From: Podarcis tiliguerta
Taxonomy: Eukaryota
Assembly (NCBI GenBank): GCA_965153285.1
Contig: OZ229111.1
DNA: 64,000 bases
Reading direction: 5' to 3' (one strand)
The notes below the pieces were generated by a model that had not been told where the DNA came from, made no database searches, and saw nothing but the letters and a program-made list of their open reading frames with translations. The number at the start of each line of letters is the position of its first letter. Within the stretch, counting starts at the first letter, position 1. Shown here piece by piece: positions 59,766 through 64,000 of this stretch. The translations under genes and the position numbers were made by a program.

Positions 59766-62700
59766 CTGACAACTCCCTATATGCTGATGGACAGATGGGG
59801 AGAACTTTGCATTGGCCCACACAAAGTGAGCATGCTAAGGAAACAAGGACAAGTGGCCACTGAGGACTGAGGGAAGGACAATATAAACTATAATGAATTG
59901 ACACACATACACTGGGGTGGGGAACTCATCCCTCAACTTCCCTGGGCTTTCACATCACATTCTCATTTGCAGGATCCAGCAGATTGCCACAAGCAGTTCT
60001 GTCTACCCATTCAAACGCTCTCTGCCAACCCCAAGAGGGAGAAGATAGCAAGGGGTGGCATAGGCAAAGGTAAAGGGGTGGCATAAGCAGCACATAGCTC
60101 CCTTTCCTAATTCCTGGCCGTCCGGGAGTCTTCAAAAGGGGGTTCCCAATCCAAGCTCCACAAGCCTTCCCTGTAAATGCAGCCTCCCTGAGCCCTCCGG
60201 CCTGCCACTGCCATGACAACACAGAAAGCTGTTTGCTTTTCTGCCCAGCCTGAACAGCAAGTCCTGGGCACTGGCTGAGACAACAGTCAGAGCCTTACAG
60301 CCCAAAGAGGAATTGGACAAGGAAAAGGAATGTCTGAGCAAACTACATGCCTCCCCCCACCGCCACTGGGCAAAAAAGAATAAGAAAACGGAAACAGCCA
60401 TACTGTGGGATATGTCAACTGACCAAAGCTGTTTCTCTGCAGAACAAATCTAGAGCATATGTAGTGGTGAATTTTGTGTGAGTGGTAGCCAACTAAAAGT
60501 TAACCCAGGGTGAAAGGCTGGCTGCTGAGTAGTTCCAGTTGCCATGGGAACTCAGGAACTCGGAGGGAAAATGGGATAATTGAAAACTGCAAGCTGTGGA
60601 AAGATCTGTCTGAAACCTGCAAGGGGCTCAGTCTGAAAATTGGGAAGATCCAGCCTGAAAATGGAGGAGGCAGGCTCTGCTTCAGTGGAGGGAAATCACA
60701 GCCTCCTGAACAAGTAGGGCAGGGAGATGAGAGGGGGAAGGCCCAGCAGGTCCAAAGAGGAAAGTGGACACTGTCCACAAAAGGACTGGCGTCTGAGAGG
60801 AAGGCTGCCAGCAACACTTAAGGCTGCAAAACAACTGTGTGTAAAGTGTAAAGAAATTTGGGGGGGGGCACTGGGGTGGTATTGTCCGATTTGTATGCAT
60901 TTGTTGGGTAAAATCAGTTAGCTAGCAGCAGTAGTTTAGATTTAATAACATCCAAAACATGCAAGTTATATGTTGTTTAGCAATCAAATTACTTGCTCGC
61001 CAAAGTTTAACTTTCCATCATAAATCTAAAGCTTGTCTCTCTAAGCAAAATTGAATACCACTCTGATTGAAATCCATGCAGTGAGGGTTCAAATACCCAT
61101 CCAAGGAAGCGTTGTAAACAAAATACTACATGTGTCTTTTCAGCAAACCATCCCCACTGTGGGCCTGTTTTCCAAGCAAGTTCAGCTGCTCCACTCAGCA
61201 TCACTAAGCTTTAACAGTATTTACTTACCCAGTCGGATACCGATGTCATGAGATGACCAAGTCCCAAGTAAGGTTCCCACCCTCCCTTCAATATTCAATT
61301 GAGCTCAGAAAATCAACCATAATCTATCCTGGCCCCCCAAAGCAGGCTATCCTAAGTGTCCTATTAGCCTGCAGCCGAAATGAACTGAAGTGTGACCTTA
61401 TGACAACCTACAGGCTGACTGAACATAGGTGCACCCATATGCTGATGGGTTAGGAGGCGACAGAACCAGTTTATTGGCTTATTCACTGGGTTGTAGCTGG
61501 CCTGTATACTTCCCTCTTCCAGCTTCTAAGAATGTAGACTTCAAAAGTCGGGAAGGTGTTTCTAGATTGTAGGTTAGGCTGTTTACTACTGTGTAAGATG
61601 TAAGACCAAAGATAATTGGCATAGATCTTTGAGGCCTTTGGAGAGAGGAAAAATTGCCCTTGGGAAGACTGAGTGTTCTGAGAATAATCCCCCAACTCAG
61701 TGGTTTTCATCCAGTGTGCCATGGCACCCTGGGGTGCCTTGAATGATGGTCAGGGGTGCCACGGGCAACACTGGCCTCTGTCCCTCTTTCCTTCCCTCCC
61801 TCCTGATGCCCTGTTGCGTCTCTGCCTCCCAAAGGCTTGCACAGCTGTTTGTTGCAGCAGTTCTTGCTACAAGCTCCCCAGGTGAATGGTGCCTCTGGGG
61901 CTGGCTAGGGGTTGGTTCCCAAGCCCCTGTGGGGCAGTTTGAGGAGGCATCTCTCTTGGGGGAGGTAACTCAGAGACTGGGGTGGTAGCTGCAGCTGCCC
62001 TGGAGAGAGGAGAGGAGGCTGAGGGAACACTCCACAAGGTGTGTTCGAAAAAGGCTGAAAGGCTGCCAGATCTTCAGGCAAGGGGTGACATAACTGGGCT
62101 CCTGAGCCCCACAGGGGTGCTGCAGAAAGAATGTAGGTCAAGGGAGCCATGGACTTAAAAAGGGTGGAAACCTCTGCCCCAACTGATCACTGTATTTAAA
62201 GCCAGGGAAGCACATCCACAAGCCAGATTGGAAGGGAGGAAGATATGACTTCCTCTTGAAATGTGGTTTGGTTCATTTGTTCAAGCCATCCATAGCTATT
62301 TGCTTTGCAAAGTTGTTTTGTAAGGCAGGAATGCCAAGTGGCCACTGAAGGGAGGGGTATAAATTTTAGAAATAAATAAATATTTGCTCTAGAGGCACAT
62401 TACTGCAAGACATCTGCTCCCTAGGTGTGCTGAAAGACGAATGGCCTTACCTTGTGGCAAAAGCTGTGGCCATAATTCTGTTGCCACGAAAGGGGAAAGC
62501 CACACTCATAGTAAAAGAGATGAGTGACCCGAAGTAGAGGCAGACAAACCAGGTGTGAGTCAGTTATATAAATCTCAGAATGAGCAAACATGAATCTATT
62601 TGGCCAAGTGTGTATTTGGGCCAAAGTAGGCAATACATTAAAATATGAGTGTGCTTTGTGTTTACTTAACTTTAAAAATAAAACAGCGGCAGGAGATTTA

Positions 62701-64000
62701 ACCCTTTCCCCTTGAACTTTAGTCCCAGTGAAAATTGCTTCTTGAAGTTGCTATTTCCCTTAGGAAGGAAGGTGCCACTGGCACCAATTACAGCTTGTGG
62801 TCCAGGATAAATAGCAGGTTTAATAGGAAGGCAATTTTCACTGAGACCACAGCAAAAGTGATCAAGAACACACACAATATTCCCACCAATTCCCACGTTG
62901 TTTTTTCAAAAGGCACATATGCATTTAATTTATTGTTTAGTTTCGCCCTTTGTAACAATGGGCTATAGCTGCTGATGCACAGAGTCCACACTTGCCAAGT
63001 ACCCCCACCCCCCAAATGGGACATTCTGTTTGTCGGTGCGAGGTTTCAGCGGCCATTTTGGGTGACTTGCTCTCGCACTGCGCTCTCGCCCCGAAAAAGC
63101 GCTTTCTTCAGGGCGAGGTGCAGGTCACATGACTCGCCCAGGAACATGTCCCGGAAGACACATGTCCTGGTTTTGAAAGTGAAAAAGTTGGGCAGTTTGA
63201 GAGTCTTTGCACCCTCCTAAGGCACAGAGGGAAACAAACAGCAAAACTATGCTCTGCGCCAACAAGCAGGGCCTTGTTTATTTTCTGAGCACTCCCTCTT
63301 GCCCCAGGCCAGTACAAGGGCAATCTCACTTACCAGTTGAGGGTGGCTAGGTGCCCCAAAGAAGAAAGCCTCTTCTTTCAGCACAGGGAACCAAGCCTTG
63401 GCACCATGTCCCTACCTGCTCACATCCGGGGAGTAGAGCTGGTTTTTTATAGCTCTCCCTGGGGCTGTGATTCACCAACTGTGTCTGCACATGTCGCTCA
63501 ACACTCTCTGACTCAGCCCTTACCCCAGGGCTGCGCAGGCGGCAGTAGCAGGCCTGCAGCCCTGTGCCAAAACTGAAAGACTGAGGGCTGCTTGGGGGCA
63601 CTGCAGGCAGAACCCTTCACACATCCATCCAACCAAAAAAATAATAAAAACCCCACCACTGTTCCCACCCCACTCTCTGGAAGAAAACCAACAACTTGCA
63701 CAGCAACAGTTTCTAGTTCCTTTGCAATTACTGCCACAGAAAGCTTAAAAGCATGGACTAGAGAAAATGCTTGTATCTTGCAAGTAGAGGGAGACCAGGA
63801 GCTGACAATCAGCTCTGACCCTCACAAAGCCGTCAACAAGAACCAAGCATACATATACACAGAGAGAGAGAGTGCCAAATCATAATCCCTACTGGCAAGG
63901 GTTACAATGGCAATTTGCCCCCACAAAACTAAAATGGATTACAAAGAGGAAAAAGAAAACCAGTAGCAAGTAGTGCCAACTCCTTACTGGGGGGTTGGTT

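Noticed and set aside
57230-64000. NOTCH3 exons 1-2
   Set aside because: No signal-peptide or EGF1-coding exon recognised; the region is treated as intron 2.
1-64000. CRISPR arrays, operons or other prokaryotic systems
   Set aside because: Sequence is intron-containing vertebrate DNA with no regularly spaced repeat-spacer array.

Overview
Eukaryotic (squamate reptile, probably lacertid lizard, inferred from Sauria-type SINEs) genomic DNA. Two protein-coding genes lie on the minus strand in tandem. (1) NOTCH3: 32 coding exons traced by hand with GT-AG boundaries and consistent phases from 57229 to the stop at 27733 (7021 coding nt in the window; exons 1-2 lie beyond the right edge), followed by a ~1.5 kb 3' UTR. 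(2) CAMSAP3: CpG-island promoter and first coding exon (4769-4622), with the rest of the gene beyond the left edge. The ~21 kb intergenic region and the introns carry SINEs, hAT and Tc1/mariner MITEs, L1/L2/CR1 fragments and microsatellites. Most short ORFs in the supplied track are spurious. No wholly new gene system was found. The best leads are: a retained NOTCH1-EGF21-like exon absent from mammalian NOTCH3; three miR-1/206 sites in the NOTCH3 3' UTR, one nearly fully complementary, all lying past a proximal poly(A) signal; a 9-codon duplication in the S1 furin loop; an overlapping uORF in CAMSAP3 ending in an AUGA stop-start; and the NOTCH3-CAMSAP3 adjacency. Comparisons to human genes and miRNAs are from memory, not from database searches.
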